Positions 50,777 through 61,310 of a DNA stretch of 64,000 nucleotides are shown here, piece by piece (position 1 is the first letter of the stretch; every line of letters begins with the position of its first letter). The DNA comes from Lachnospiraceae bacterium (lineage in GTDB: Bacteria; Bacillota; Clostridia; Lachnospirales; Lachnospiraceae). Below the pieces are notes generated by a model, which saw nothing but the letters and a program-made list of their open reading frames with translations, was not told where the DNA came from and did not search any database. Location: contig JAGAPK010000047.1 of assembly GCA_017623295.1 (NCBI GenBank), positions 23,456 through 87,455 of the forward strand. The letters are read 5' to 3'. The position numbers were made by a program, and so were the translations under genes.

Positions 50777-51319
50777 TCAATTATAATCCTCTCTATCATC
50801 CAAATCTTTCTGTATCATATCCAGATATGGTACCAAAATTCCATGTTTCTTTGGCAAAACATATTCCGGATTCAGTTCATCATACCGAAAACTCTTCCTG
50901 CCGCCTTCTTTGGCTCTGTCCCAGAAAAAACGGAGCATTTCATAAGGCAAATAATAAAAAACATCCTTATGCGTATAATAAATTAGAAAAAAAGCAATCC
51001 CTTTCTGCTTCTCAAACTGTTCCATAAACAACACCTGGTGTTCATGTATATTCTGCAAAGAAAAGGTATCCACTGCACACTCTTTGGCATCAAAGCAGAC
51101 CGGAATTCCCTGCACCGCACCGATATAGTCTACGGTACTTTTCTGTTCAAAATAGGCAAGTGTAATATGTCTGCTCTGTTTGTCAATATTGATAGGAGTA
51201 ATCGGGGTCGGTATTTTCTGAATCAGTGCCAGACCATTTTCCAGATATTTTTCATTGGTACGGTTTATCAAATCCTCTAACGTAGAACCTCGAAGTCCTC
51301 TCGAATTCCAAGTTGCCAT
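50777..51319 (-). CDS. recU: Holliday junction resolvase RecU
   Basis: RG..LE..IN, K.PTPI, STVDY.G, FDAK, IHEHQ. Confidence 0.94.
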   Translation of the reverse strand: MATWNSRGLRGSTLEDLINRTNEKYLENGLALIQKIPTPITPINIDKQSRHITLAYFEQKSTVDYIGAVQGIPVCFDAKECAVDTFSLQNIHEHQVLFMEQFEKQKGIAFFLIYYTHKDVFYYLPYEMLRFFWDRAKEGGRKSFRYDELNPEYVLPKKHGILVPYLDMIQKDLDDREDYN

Positions 51320-51322
51320 AAT

Positions 51323-52297
51323 CTAATTTCCTTTTTCTGCTACACGGTGAAACAACTCCGGCAGAGGTGCTTCAAATGTTTTCTCGCTAATATCCGCAAA
51401 TCGTTCTTCTAATTTCGGAAATTCTACCCGATACGCATGCAACAGCTGATGCTCCACTTTACATTTTTTCTTATAAATATCGTTCCAGCGGGCATCACCA
51501 TATTTATAGTCGCCAAGTAAAGGATGTCCGATACTTGCCAGATGGGCACGTATCTGATGGGATTTTCCGGTAATCAGTTCTACTTCTAACAGTGTTCTAT
51601 CCTGCTCCTGTCGAATCGGTATATAGCGTGTCTTGATATAAGATGCTTTATCATTTTTTTCAGTAACAGTTACTTTATTTGTTTTCTCGTTCTTTGTCAG
51701 ATAGCCTTCAATAACTTTTTCTTCCGTAATATTTCCTTTTACATACAGACGATAAAATTTATGCAAATCTCTCGTCTGTAACAATTCGCCAAGCATCTGC
51801 GCACCATGTATCGATTTAGCACATAACACAATGCCACTTGTATTTCTGTCCAAACGATTGCAAACCGATGGTTTAAAGGTCTGTAACTCGTCCTCTGTTA
51901 TTTCTTTCTTTTCAAGCAGATAACCAATCAGCCACTCATTCAAAGAAATATCCTGTGGCTTAGCCTTCTGAGTCAGAACACCAGCCGGTTTATCAGCAAT
52001 CAGAATATGCTCGTTTTCGTAAAGAACAGGAACAGACTTGTATTTCTGATATGCGGTTTCATACTGCACATCCGTTTTTCCCATAAACTTCTGTAAGGTT
52101 TCATCAGAAAAATAAATAGATACCACATCACCGCTTGTAATTTTCTCGCTACCATCTGCTTTTTTATCATTTAATACAATATTCTTTTTCCGAAGCATCT
52201 TATATAAAAAGCTACTTCCAGCCTCCGGCAACAGCTTATGTAAATATTTATCAAAACGTTGTCCGGCTTCCCTCTCTGTTATCGTTTTCTGATACAT
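51323..52297 (-). CDS. RluA family pseudouridine synthase (RluC-like, S4 domain)
   Basis: GQRFDKYL, NRLDRNTSG, TG.SHQIRAH. Confidence 0.9.
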   Translation of the reverse strand: MYQKTITEREAGQRFDKYLHKLLPEAGSSFLYKMLRKKNIVLNDKKADGSEKITSGDVVSIYFSDETLQKFMGKTDVQYETAYQKYKSVPVLYENEHILIADKPAGVLTQKAKPQDISLNEWLIGYLLEKKEITEDELQTFKPSVCNRLDRNTSGIVLCAKSIHGAQMLGELLQTRDLHKFYRLYVKGNITEEKVIEGYLTKNEKTNKVTVTEKNDKASYIKTRYIPIRQEQDRTLLEVELITGKSHQIRAHLASIGHPLLGDYKYGDARWNDIYKKKCKVEHQLLHAYRVEFPKLEERFADISEKTFEAPLPELFHRVAEKGN

Positions 52298-52331
52298 GAG
52301 ATATTTTCCTCATTTCTGATATGCCTTGTTT

Positions 52332-52901
52332 CTATAATGAAATAGAATAAAACATCTGAATCATTCCATCTCTGTTTTTATTTTCTTCAGTATCCAATTC
52401 AACCAATTGACTCAGTCGGTCAGTATATTTATCAAGATTATTAAAAATTTTAATGGTCATATTCTTATAACCATCCTGCTGTAACATCTGTTCGATGTGT
52501 TTCTCACCGGCATTGCAATCACATTTTTCGTTTTCCGTATAAGCACAAATAACATTTCCCTTTATTACCATATGACTGATTGGGAAGTTTTTCTGATAGG
52601 ATGTGAAATACATATCATAAAATCCAGTCAGCTTATCATCAAAAGGAGCTATCTTCTCTCTTACCTCTTCACTACAACCTTTTGCTTTCAAAAACATAAT
52701 CATATTAATGGCACTTTTGCAAGAAGGCAATAAGCCAAGTACGGCAACAATTGTTAATATGTTCTGATTACTTCCGGTAGAATAAATACCCATTCCATAA
52801 ATTCCGAGTGATAACGCAAAAAACAAAACGGTTCGTAGTATTGTTGTTTTTTTCTGGTAATCAATATAACCAAAGCATCCCTTTTTTACTCTTTTTTTCA
52901 T
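52332..52901 (-). CDS. hypothetical membrane protein (2 TM)
   Basis: two N-terminal hydrophobic helices; overlaps the stop of the upstream SDR gene. Confidence 0.7.
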   Translation of the reverse strand: MKKRVKKGCFGYIDYQKKTTILRTVLFFALSLGIYGMGIYSTGSNQNILTIVAVLGLLPSCKSAINMIMFLKAKGCSEEVREKIAPFDDKLTGFYDMYFTSYQKNFPISHMVIKGNVICAYTENEKCDCNAGEKHIEQMLQQDGYKNMTIKIFNNLDKYTDRLSQLVELDTEENKNRDGMIQMFYSISL

Positions 52902-53644
52902 CGAATCACTCCTCTGGATAATCCATATAATAATTTCATTGGCAAACCATATACGGATACTTCTTTTTTCTTCTTACAATCCTTAATCGCCTGTGCAACT
53001 ACCTTATCGGTGTCCGCCATTGTCATTTTCTTCAATTTGCCAAGTTCTCCGTATCTGCCATAAGCGTGCTCCAAAAATGGAGTTTCCACCGGTCCGGGGC
53101 AAACAGTTGTTACAACGATACCTTGTGGCTTCAATTCTTTTGCAAGGGCACGTCCAAATGAATATACATAGGATTTTGTTGCTGCATATACCGCGAATTG
53201 TGGCTGTGGCAGAAATGCCGAACCGGATGCTACCTGTATGATTTTACTGCCTTTGTGCATATACGGCAGACAAATTTTAGTCATCTGCGTTAGTGCAAGT
53301 ACATTTAAACGCACCATTTCCATAGTTTCTTCTCTGCTCTGCTTGTCAAAAGCTCCGTAAGTTCCCACACCTGCACAGTTTACAAGTACTGATATCTTCG
53401 GATTCAAAATCATCATTGCCTGCGCAAATTGATTCAACTTGTTTTCCTCTGTAATGTCCATTGGAAAAACTTTAATTTCCGGTACAATATCCATCTCTTT
53501 TAAACTATTTACTACGTCTTCCAGATTTTCTTTTTTTCTGGCAATCAGCCATAATTCATTTGTTTTTTTCAACATAGGAGCAAGCTGTATAGCAAACTCT
53601 TTGCCCATACCGGAAGATGCACCTGTTATAATTGCAATATTCAT
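52898..53644 (-). CDS. short-chain dehydrogenase/reductase
   Basis: TGASSGMG, NCAG, YAATK. Confidence 0.93.
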   Translation of the reverse strand: MNIAIITGASSGMGKEFAIQLAPMLKKTNELWLIARKKENLEDVVNSLKEMDIVPEIKVFPMDITEENKLNQFAQAMMILNPKISVLVNCAGVGTYGAFDKQSREETMEMVRLNVLALTQMTKICLPYMHKGSKIIQVASGSAFLPQPQFAVYAATKSYVYSFGRALAKELKPQGIVVTTVCPGPVETPFLEHAYGRYGELGKLKKMTMADTDKVVAQAIKDCKKKKEVSVYGLPMKLLYGLSRGVIR

Positions 53645-53693
53645 GAGAACCTCCTTCTATATCTTTAATCATCTGACTCCCAAAATTCAGCTG

Positions 53694-55637
53694 TTACTTT
53701 TTGCGACTATGAACATTTCGTATTGTTTTCTTTTTCTTACCAACGTTTTGACTGCCTTTATTCTTCTGATTTGTTTTGCCATTATTCTGCTGTCTGCTGC
53801 TTTTATCAGACTTCTTCCGAGTGTCCTGTGGTTGTGAAGTCTTAAACTTTCTTGGGCGAATCAGACATTTCTTATCAAAACCGATTAAATCCTCACGTCC
53901 GGCTTTCATCAATGCTTCATACACCAAGTCATAGTTATTTGGGTTTCGATATTGAATCAAAGCACGCTGCATCGCTTTTTCATGCGGATTCTTACAGACA
54001 TAAACCGGTTTGCCGTTTCGTGGATCAATTCCGGTATAATACATAACCGTAGAAACGGTAGATGGTGTCGGATAGAAATCCTGCACCTGCTCCGGCATAT
54101 AGCCTAAATCACGCAAATATTCAGCCAGTTCAATTGCTTCCTTCAAGGTAGAACCCGGATGTGACGACATCAGATACGGCACAAGAAACTGCTTCTTTCC
54201 CAGTTTCTCATTTATTTTACCATATTTTCGCACAAATTGTTCATAAACTGCTTTTTCCGGTTTACCCATTTTGGATAATACTGCATCAGAAATATGCTCC
54301 GGTGCAACCTTTAGCTGTCCGCTCACATGATGCTCTACTAACTCTTTGAAAAAAGTATCATCCGGATCTGCTAATAAATAATCAAAACGAATACCCGAAC
54401 GAATAAATACTTTCTTAACTCCCGGTAATGCACGAAGCTTTCGAAGTAATGCAAGGTAATCGGAATGATCTGCTTTCATGTTTGGACAAGGCTTCGGAAA
54501 CAGGCATTGCCTATTTTTACAAACGCCCTGTGTCATCTGCTTCTCACAGGACGGGTGTCTGAAGTTGGCAGTCGGACCACCCACATCATGAATATATCCC
54601 TTGAAATCCGGGTCTTTTATCATAAGTTCCGCTTCTTTGACAATGGATTCATGACTTCTGACCTGTATTGTTCTTCCTTGATGGAAGGTAAGTGCGCAGA
54701 AACTACATCCCCCAAAGCAGCCACGATTACTGATAAGCGAAAATTTGATTTCAGAAATCGCCGGAACACCGCCTTTTTCCTCATAAGACGGATGATAAGT
54801 GCGCATATACGGCAATTCATAGACAGCATCCATTTCTTCCATTGTAAGCGGTTTCTGCGGGGGATTCTGCACCACATAAATCTGATGTGGATATTCCTCT
54901 ATCAATGTTTTGCCGGTAAAAGGATCCGTGCTCTGATACTGTATTGCAAAACTGTCTGCATAACGTTTCGGCTGTGCTTTCATTTCCTCATAAGCTGGCA
55001 ATATAACACTATCATAAATACCGGAAATGTCTTTGGTTTTGTACACCGTTCCCGGTACGAAAGTAATGTCTTTTACTGCAATACCACTTGCCAATGCATC
55101 CGCAATCTCGACAATTGATTTTTCTCCCATGCCATAGGAAATGATATCTGCCTGGCTATCTAACAACACAGAACGTTTAAATTGGTCTGACCAATAGTCG
55201 TAATGAGCCATTCTTCGAAGACTGGCTTCAATACCACCAATAATAATCGGTACATCCTTATAAGTTCTTCGAATCAGATTTCCATACACAACGGTTGCAT
55301 GATCCGGTCTTTTATAGGTTTCTCCACCCGGTGTATAGGCATCTGTTGGTCGATGCTTCTTCGATACAAAATAATGATTTACCATAGAATCCATATTGCC
55401 TGCTGAAATCAAAAAAGCAAGCTTCGGTTTTCCTAAAATAGTAATACTTGCATCGTCTTTCCAATCCGGCTGTGAAATAATTCCGACACGGTAGCCGTGT
55501 GATTCTAATATTCTGCTGATAATTGCATGTCCAAAGGAAGGATGATCTACATAAGCATCACCAATTACATAAACAAAATCAAACTGTTCAATGCCTTCTC
55601 TTATCATATCTTCTCTGGATATCGGTAAAAATCCCAT
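53694..55637 (-). CDS. YgiQ family radical SAM protein
   Basis: [38 protein letters not shown]. Confidence 0.93.
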   Translation of the reverse strand: MGFLPISREDMIREGIEQFDFVYVIGDAYVDHPSFGHAIISRILESHGYRVGIISQPDWKDDASITILGKPKLAFLISAGNMDSMVNHYFVSKKHRPTDAYTPGGETYKRPDHATVVYGNLIRRTYKDVPIIIGGIEASLRRMAHYDYWSDQFKRSVLLDSQADIISYGMGEKSIVEIADALASGIAVKDITFVPGTVYKTKDISGIYDSVILPAYEEMKAQPKRYADSFAIQYQSTDPFTGKTLIEEYPHQIYVVQNPPQKPLTMEEMDAVYELPYMRTYHPSYEEKGGVPAISEIKFSLISNRGCFGGCSFCALTFHQGRTIQVRSHESIVKEAELMIKDPDFKGYIHDVGGPTANFRHPSCEKQMTQGVCKNRQCLFPKPCPNMKADHSDYLALLRKLRALPGVKKVFIRSGIRFDYLLADPDDTFFKELVEHHVSGQLKVAPEHISDAVLSKMGKPEKAVYEQFVRKYGKINEKLGKKQFLVPYLMSSHPGSTLKEAIELAEYLRDLGYMPEQVQDFYPTPSTVSTVMYYTGIDPRNGKPVYVCKNPHEKAMQRALIQYRNPNNYDLVYEALMKAGREDLIGFDKKCLIRPRKFKTSQPQDTRKKSDKSSRQQNNGKTNQKNKGSQNVGKKKKTIRNVHSRKK

Positions 55638-55668
55638 TTTCTATATTAACTCCATTCCTGCACACATT

Positions 55669-56313
55669 TTATACTAATTCCTTGAAATCATGAATATAAT
55701 AATCTGCCATTTGGCGCTTTTGTTCATCCTGCGGAATCGAGTACTCATCGTATACCGCACATACCTTCATACCGGCAGCTTTCCCTGCCATAATCCCCGG
55801 AACAATATCCTCAAATACGAGGCAATTCTTTGGTGCTACGCCAAGTTCTTTCGCAACTGCCAGATAGATGTCCGGTGCCGGTTTTCCTTTTGCTACATCA
55901 CAACCTGTCATAATACATCCAAAATGCTCGTTCAGGTTATGTACTGAGATAACATTTTCTACTAATTCTCTGGAATTACTGGTTGCAATTCCAAGTTTTA
56001 TCTGTTTTTTGCTGCACAAATTCAAAAAATCTTGTGCACCTTCTTTCAAAGGCACTTCGTAACTGTATTTATCCCATGCCATCTGATTCCAGTCTTCTTT
56101 GATTTTTTCCAGTTCATCCGGCAGTTCAAAAGTTTCTTTGAAATAAACGGCAGTTTCGCTGAAACTCATTCCTTCAATACGCGCTTGTAAATCATCCGGC
56201 TTCTCAATGCCAAATCTTCCAAGATATTCTACGTCAATCGCGCCCCACATCCACATGGAATCTACTAACGAACCATCCAAGTCAAAAATAACTGCTTCTA
56301 TATCTTTTAACAT
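55669..56313 (-). CDS. HAD family phosphatase
   Basis: FDLDGSLVD, KPAPD, FED. Confidence 0.92.
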   Translation of the reverse strand: MLKDIEAVIFDLDGSLVDSMWMWGAIDVEYLGRFGIEKPDDLQARIEGMSFSETAVYFKETFELPDELEKIKEDWNQMAWDKYSYEVPLKEGAQDFLNLCSKKQIKLGIATSNSRELVENVISVHNLNEHFGCIMTGCDVAKGKPAPDIYLAVAKELGVAPKNCLVFEDIVPGIMAGKAAGMKVCAVYDEYSIPQDEQKRQMADYYIHDFKELV

Positions 56314-57014
56314 TACTTTTTCTCCTGCAATAACTTAACTTCTTCGCTCGTAAGCTTCCGATATTCTCCCGGTTGCAAACGCTCATCTAACACAAGACCG
56401 CCCATACGTACTCTTTTTAGATAAATCACTTCATTTCCAACCGCCTGCAACATTCTTTTTACTTGATGAAATTTTCCTTCCAGAATCGTTAAGGCAATCT
56501 TTTTTTCTTCCAGAATGGCAACCTTTGCAGGCATTGTCAGCTTCTTTTCTCCAATATCTACGCCCTGCTCCAATTTTTCTTTCTGTGTTACATCAAAAGG
56601 CTCTGCTAAAGTACATTCATAAACTTTCTCCACATGTTTTGTCGGAGAAAGCAATTCATGCGTAAGTGCACCGTCATTGGTCAGAATTAATAATCCTTCC
56701 GTATCTTTATCCAATCTTCCCATCGGAAACAAATCATCTCTTCCGATATCCTTTAATAAATCAACTACGGTTTTATCTTTCTTATCTTCCGTTGCCGATA
56801 CTACACCTGCCGGTTTGTTCAACATATAATATACAAATTTTTCGTATTCGTATATTGTTCCTTTATAGCCAACTTTATCCTTATTTTCATCAACAGCAAA
56901 ATCACTCTGACGTACCATTTCACCATTTACCGTAACCAAACCTGCTCGAATATCTTTCTTTAACTGGCTTCTGGTCGCGCACTTCATATCACTTAAAAAT
57001 TTATCCAAACGCAT
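56313..57014 (-). CDS. rsuA: RsuA family pseudouridine synthase
   Basis: MRLDKFL, GRLDKDTEGL, EGKFHQVKRM. Confidence 0.88.
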   Translation of the reverse strand: MRLDKFLSDMKCATRSQLKKDIRAGLVTVNGEMVRQSDFAVDENKDKVGYKGTIYEYEKFVYYMLNKPAGVVSATEDKKDKTVVDLLKDIGRDDLFPMGRLDKDTEGLLILTNDGALTHELLSPTKHVEKVYECTLAEPFDVTQKEKLEQGVDIGEKKLTMPAKVAILEEKKIALTILEGKFHQVKRMLQAVGNEVIYLKRVRMGGLVLDERLQPGEYRKLTSEEVKLLQEKK

Positions 57015-57040
57015 ATCTGCTTATCCTTCTCACATATAAT
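57011..57040 (+). promoter_or_regulatory. possible sigma-E/sigma-K promoter for the YlbJ-like gene
   Basis: GCATAT-N16-CATATAAT; the -35 part coincides with the rsuA start codon, so it may be fortuitous. Confidence 0.35.
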
Positions 57041-57078
57041 GAAACAAGAACTTCTTTGTCCGGAGTATTCAGACTCTT

Positions 57079-58041
57079 ATGTTCAAAAAAATATCTGATG
57101 TCCTTAGCCAGGCACTTTTTACCCTTCTTGCTCTCTATCTGACTTTTTTGTTGCTTCGCTATCCGGCGCAGTCGCTTTCCTATGCCTCTACCGGATTACT
57201 TCTCTGGTTTCAAAGAATGATTCCAACTTTACTTCCGTTCATGATTCTTTCCGGCGTTATGATACGCATGAATCTGACCGAGCGTTTTGCCAAGTGGTTT
57301 CATCCTCTTTTTCACCAAATCTGGGGTACCTCTTTAAATGGTTCCTATGTGCTCTTAATGGGAATACTTTGTGGATTTCCTATGGGTGCCAGAGTCATCG
57401 GTGAACTTCTTCATGCACAGAAACTATCCGAAAAAGAGGCTTCACATCTTCTTGCCTTCTGTAACAACATCGGACCGATTTATTTCATCAGTTTTGTTAT
57501 GAGTACCTTGTCCATTGAAAACGATTATATACCTTTTTGCATCATGTATGGTGTGCCGCTTGTTTATGGATTTTTCCTGTATCGCTTTCATTATAAATCT
57601 GCATTTTGTAAATCCACTGCAAGAATCATTCTACACCCAGCTTCCTTTTCGCATAATACCGCGCCTTCTCTGCTTGCAGCCATTGATGATTCTGTTATAT
57701 CCGGGCTCATCGGCATCGGCAAACTGGGTGGTTATATGGTTTTCTTTAATCTATTAAATATTTTGCTTTATCCGTTTACATCGCTGTCAAAACCAATCCT
57801 CGGCTTTTGCAACTGTATGTTAGAAATCACAAGCGGTATCAGCACTGTCGGTAAGGAAGGGTTTTTCATGATTCTGATTCTGCTTCCATTCGGTGGATTC
57901 TCTTGTATTGCCCAGACTTACAGCATGATTAAAGACACAAATCTTTCCATAACTCACTATTTTTTACACAAATGCATTCAGACCATATTAACGGCAACTA
58001 TTTATATTTTCTACGCCTTTTTTTACGCTTATAACTTCTAA
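57079..58041 (+). CDS. YlbJ-like sporulation integral membrane protein
   Basis: GLLLW...IP.LLPFMI, G.PMGA, FCNN.GP, EITSG, GG.SC.AQ. Confidence 0.8.
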   Translation: MFKKISDVLSQALFTLLALYLTFLLLRYPAQSLSYASTGLLLWFQRMIPTLLPFMILSGVMIRMNLTERFAKWFHPLFHQIWGTSLNGSYVLLMGILCGFPMGARVIGELLHAQKLSEKEASHLLAFCNNIGPIYFISFVMSTLSIENDYIPFCIMYGVPLVYGFFLYRFHYKSAFCKSTARIILHPASFSHNTAPSLLAAIDDSVISGLIGIGKLGGYMVFFNLLNILLYPFTSLSKPILGFCNCMLEITSGISTVGKEGFFMILILLPFGGFSCIAQTYSMIKDTNLSITHYFLHKCIQTILTATIYIFYAFFYAYNF

Positions 58042-59398
58042 GAATGATTACCATTGACAAAATCATAGAAAGCACAAGCAAAGCGCAAATAATACATACT
58101 CCAACAAAATAGCCAACTGACACAGGTGATTCTTCTTCGCTTACTTCATCAACCTGATAGGTGATTTCTTCATAATCTTCTTTCGAGAGCACATTATCTG
58201 AATCCGTCTGTGCAACTGCGGATTCATCTAAAGTTGCTTCGGAATCCATTTGTGATTCTTCCATTTCACTTTCTGCTTCATCTGATTCCGTCTCTTCATT
58301 CTGCTCATCATAGTTTACAGACGGCAAATCTATTTCGTTGCTGGTAGTATACAAATCATATCCATTATAAGCATTAACAACAACCCTTGGAATCGTTCCG
58401 GAAGGCACCTGTATGGTAAATTCAAACGTATCCTTCGACTTATCAGGCCATCTTTGCAACTCTGAAAAAGTCTCGCCGCCATCATAACTATAAGTGTAAT
58501 AAAGCATACCACTGTCATAATCATCTGCTGAAACGCTTATTGTCACTTCACCCGTTTCTTTATTTTGTTCCACCAGCTCAATCATACAAATGTCCGGTTC
58601 GGTGCTATCCGGCTTCATAACCTGTGTCGGAACCGGTACAGTCGCTATTTCATAGCCTGTAAAATCTTTGCCCAGACTTTCTGATTTCAAGCCGTAATAT
58701 CTTGCTACTGCCTCTGCATCCAGTCTTCCGAATTCTTCCAGTTTCTCTTTGTGATCATAAAAAGGTTGGTCATTTTCCTGGTCCAAATGGCAATGTTCAA
58801 TTAATGCACACGGAATATTACGTTCTGTAGCATGACGAATAATACCATAATAATCAATTCCTTCATCATTCAGTCTGGTTTTAATTCCTCGCGAATAAAG
58901 TCCTTTTTCCTGAAGCAATTCCATTTCAATCGTAGCGAATTCGTATCCTCTGCTATACTGCTCTCCAAATGCCGAAATCCATGTTTCTGCGCCAAACAAA
59001 GTATGATGTTCCGAAAGATTAAAATGCAGACAGAAAATAAAATCTGCATTCACACTTGCAGCATATTCGCATCGCTGTTCCAGTGTCAAATCTACATCTC
59101 CGGTTCTTGTCATATAAACCGTAATTCCCTCGTACTGCTCCAATTCCTCTTTCATGGCATTTGCAACAATCATGGTCATTTCCTTCTCAGTATAATCTTC
59201 ATATTGACCACCAAGATTTTCACCACCATGTCCCGGATCAATTACAATAACGATTGGTTCATCTGCATTTACCGTCATAACCGCATCGGTATCTAAACCG
59301 AAAATTCCTGTACATACAAGTATTATTATGAAATTGATTGTGAAAAATAATAAGCCGGCTTCCCTTTGAAACCGGCTTATGCTGAATTTTTGAAACAT
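57998..59398 (-). CDS. N-acetylmuramoyl-L-alanine amidase (Amidase_3) with acidic linker and C-terminal TM anchor
   Basis: IDPGHGG, EK, L..R, LHFN, LIE; C-terminal TM followed by basic tail. Confidence 0.88.
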   Translation of the reverse strand: MFQKFSISRFQREAGLLFFTINFIIILVCTGIFGLDTDAVMTVNADEPIVIVIDPGHGGENLGGQYEDYTEKEMTMIVANAMKEELEQYEGITVYMTRTGDVDLTLEQRCEYAASVNADFIFCLHFNLSEHHTLFGAETWISAFGEQYSRGYEFATIEMELLQEKGLYSRGIKTRLNDEGIDYYGIIRHATERNIPCALIEHCHLDQENDQPFYDHKEKLEEFGRLDAEAVARYYGLKSESLGKDFTGYEIATVPVPTQVMKPDSTEPDICMIELVEQNKETGEVTISVSADDYDSGMLYYTYSYDGGETFSELQRWPDKSKDTFEFTIQVPSGTIPRVVVNAYNGYDLYTTSNEIDLPSVNYDEQNEETESDEAESEMEESQMDSEATLDESAVAQTDSDNVLSKEDYEEITYQVDEVSEEESPVSVGYFVGVCIICALLVLSMILSMVIILRSYKRKKRRRKYK

Positions 59399-59413
59399 AA
59401 CTGTTATACTTTC

Positions 59414-60025
59414 CTATAATAAATCCAGATTGATAGATTCTTCTGCGCTATCATCATAATCTACTTCTTTTAAGAGTTCTTCTACTTCCGGCGGTCTTAA
59501 TTCTGCACGATTGGCTTTTACAACTTCATTATAGCCGTTGATTGTATTATAGAAGCTTTCATAATGTGCCGTCGTTGTATTCAAAGTCGTTGTCATTACA
59601 TTCTCAAGATTAGCAAGCATATCATCCAGATACTGCATAGCGGCTGCTCTGACACCATTTGCTTCTATCGTCGCATTATCCAGAATTTCCTGTGCCTGAT
59701 GAGTTGCTAAAGTAACCACTTCATTTGCCTGTGCATATGCCTGTTGCATAATTTCATGCTCATTAATCAACTCATTCGTATGTATAGTTGCTTCATTGAT
59801 TAAAGCTTCTGCTTTCGAACGTGCATCATTCAAAATAGCTTCTTTATTAGTAATAATCTTCTGATAGCGCTTAATCTCATCCGGAGTTTTCATCCGAAGT
59901 TCACGCAAAAGTTCATCAATTTCTTCTTTATTTACGATAATGTTTGTCTTGGAAAGAGGCTGATATTTACAACCGTCAATATAATCCTCTATCTCATCGA
60001 TTAACTGTTCGATTCTGCTGCTCAT
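59414..60025 (-). CDS. coiled-coil protein, SepIVA/DivIVA-like
   Basis: Ala/Glu-rich heptads; directly downstream of coaD. Confidence 0.6.
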   Translation of the reverse strand: MSSRIEQLIDEIEDYIDGCKYQPLSKTNIIVNKEEIDELLRELRMKTPDEIKRYQKIITNKEAILNDARSKAEALINEATIHTNELINEHEIMQQAYAQANEVVTLATHQAQEILDNATIEANGVRAAAMQYLDDMLANLENVMTTTLNTTTAHYESFYNTINGYNEVVKANRAELRPPEVEELLKEVDYDDSAEESINLDLL

Positions 60026-60033
60026 CTTTACTC

Positions 60034-60522
60034 CTATCTTATATGACCAAATTTTTCATAAACAAGTTTCCCGACAAAATCAGGAACGCACTGTGAAATA
60101 TCTCCATTGAAGCTGGCAATCTCTTTTACACTGGAAGAACTTAAGTATGCATATTCCAGACTAGTTGTCAAAAACATGGTATCCAGTTCTCCATTGGAAA
60201 GTTTTCTGTTCATCTGTGCCATCTGCAATTCGTATTCAAAATCGGTAATCGCACGCAATCCTCTGATTACTACATGAACATCTTTCTGCTTCGCATAATC
60301 AATTAACAGACCACTAAAAGAATCTATCTTTACATTCGGGATATCTTTCGTCGCCTCTTCTAATATCTTAACACGTTCTTGTGCAGAAAACAATGGAGTC
60401 TTTACGTTATTATTCAACACACTTACTGTCAATTCATCAAAAATTTCTGCTGCACGTCTGATAATATCCAGATGTCCGTAAGTAACCGGATCAAAGCTGC
60501 CCGGATAAATTGCTGCCTTCAT
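60034..60522 (-). CDS. coaD: phosphopantetheine adenylyltransferase
   Basis: [16 protein letters not shown]...DFEYE, SSS.VKE. Confidence 0.98.
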   Translation of the reverse strand: MKAAIYPGSFDPVTYGHLDIIRRAAEIFDELTVSVLNNNVKTPLFSAQERVKILEEATKDIPNVKIDSFSGLLIDYAKQKDVHVVIRGLRAITDFEYELQMAQMNRKLSNGELDTMFLTTSLEYAYLSSSSVKEIASFNGDISQCVPDFVGKLVYEKFGHIR

Positions 60523-60685
60523 ATTTATGCCCTCATACTAATTATTCGTAGTAACTCATCAATTTACAATACAATAATTTCTTACTGTCTGTATTATATA
60601 ATAAATCACTTTTCCTCAAATGTCTTTACTTTCTTGAAAAAAATTAAGATTTTTCTTTGAAAAATATTTCTTCGAAATATTATTC

Positions 60686-61237
60686 TTAAATATCTTTCCG
60701 CAGAAAAACATGTTTGTTGGTTTTGTAGCATTTTTCTTTTTCAACACAAAAGCCAAGCGTTTCTGCATAAGAAAACTCCGTATTCAGAGAAGCTTCAACA
60801 ACAACCCTTGTATTTTCTGTTACATAAGGCATATTCTGCAAAACTGCCAGTACCTGTCGTTCATAGCCCTGCTCATAAGGCGGGTCCATAAAAATGATAT
60901 CTGCTTCTTTTTCATGAATCCCTGCAAGGGCACTCAATACATCCTGTTTTAACACTGTTGCCCTGTCTTCAAAACGGGTAAATTTCAAATTATCCAAAAT
61001 ACAGGCAAGCGCATTTTTATTATTTTCTACAAAATAAGCATGTTCTGCCCCACGACTGATGGCCTCAATTCCAATACCACCACTTCCACTGAACAAATCG
61101 ATGAAAATGCCACCTGGAAGATATGGCTGCAACATATTAAACAGTGTTTCTTTAATACGGTCTGTTGTCGGTCTGGTATCCATGCCTTCCGGCGTTTTTA
61201 ATCTTAAGCTTCTTGCTGTTCCTGCAATAACACGCAT
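60686..61237 (-). CDS. rsmD: 16S rRNA m2G966 methyltransferase
   Basis: MRVIAG, TRPT.DR.KE.LFN, DLFSGSG, DPPY. Confidence 0.96.
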   Translation of the reverse strand: MRVIAGTARSLRLKTPEGMDTRPTTDRIKETLFNMLQPYLPGGIFIDLFSGSGGIGIEAISRGAEHAYFVENNKNALACILDNLKFTRFEDRATVLKQDVLSALAGIHEKEADIIFMDPPYEQGYERQVLAVLQNMPYVTENTRVVVEASLNTEFSYAETLGFCVEKEKCYKTNKHVFLRKDI

Positions 61238-61310
61238 ATTTCTCTCCTTATGTCAGTTTTCAATACGATTTATCCCAAAGGGTACAGTACCGTTTTACTC
61301 ACATCTGCGG

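Noticed and set aside
60629-60665. TTTCTTGAAAA...TTTTTCTTTGAAA resembling streptococcal difSL or a CodY box
   Set aside because: Arm and spacer lengths do not fit, the DNA is very AT-rich, and it lies about 30 kb from the orientation switch.
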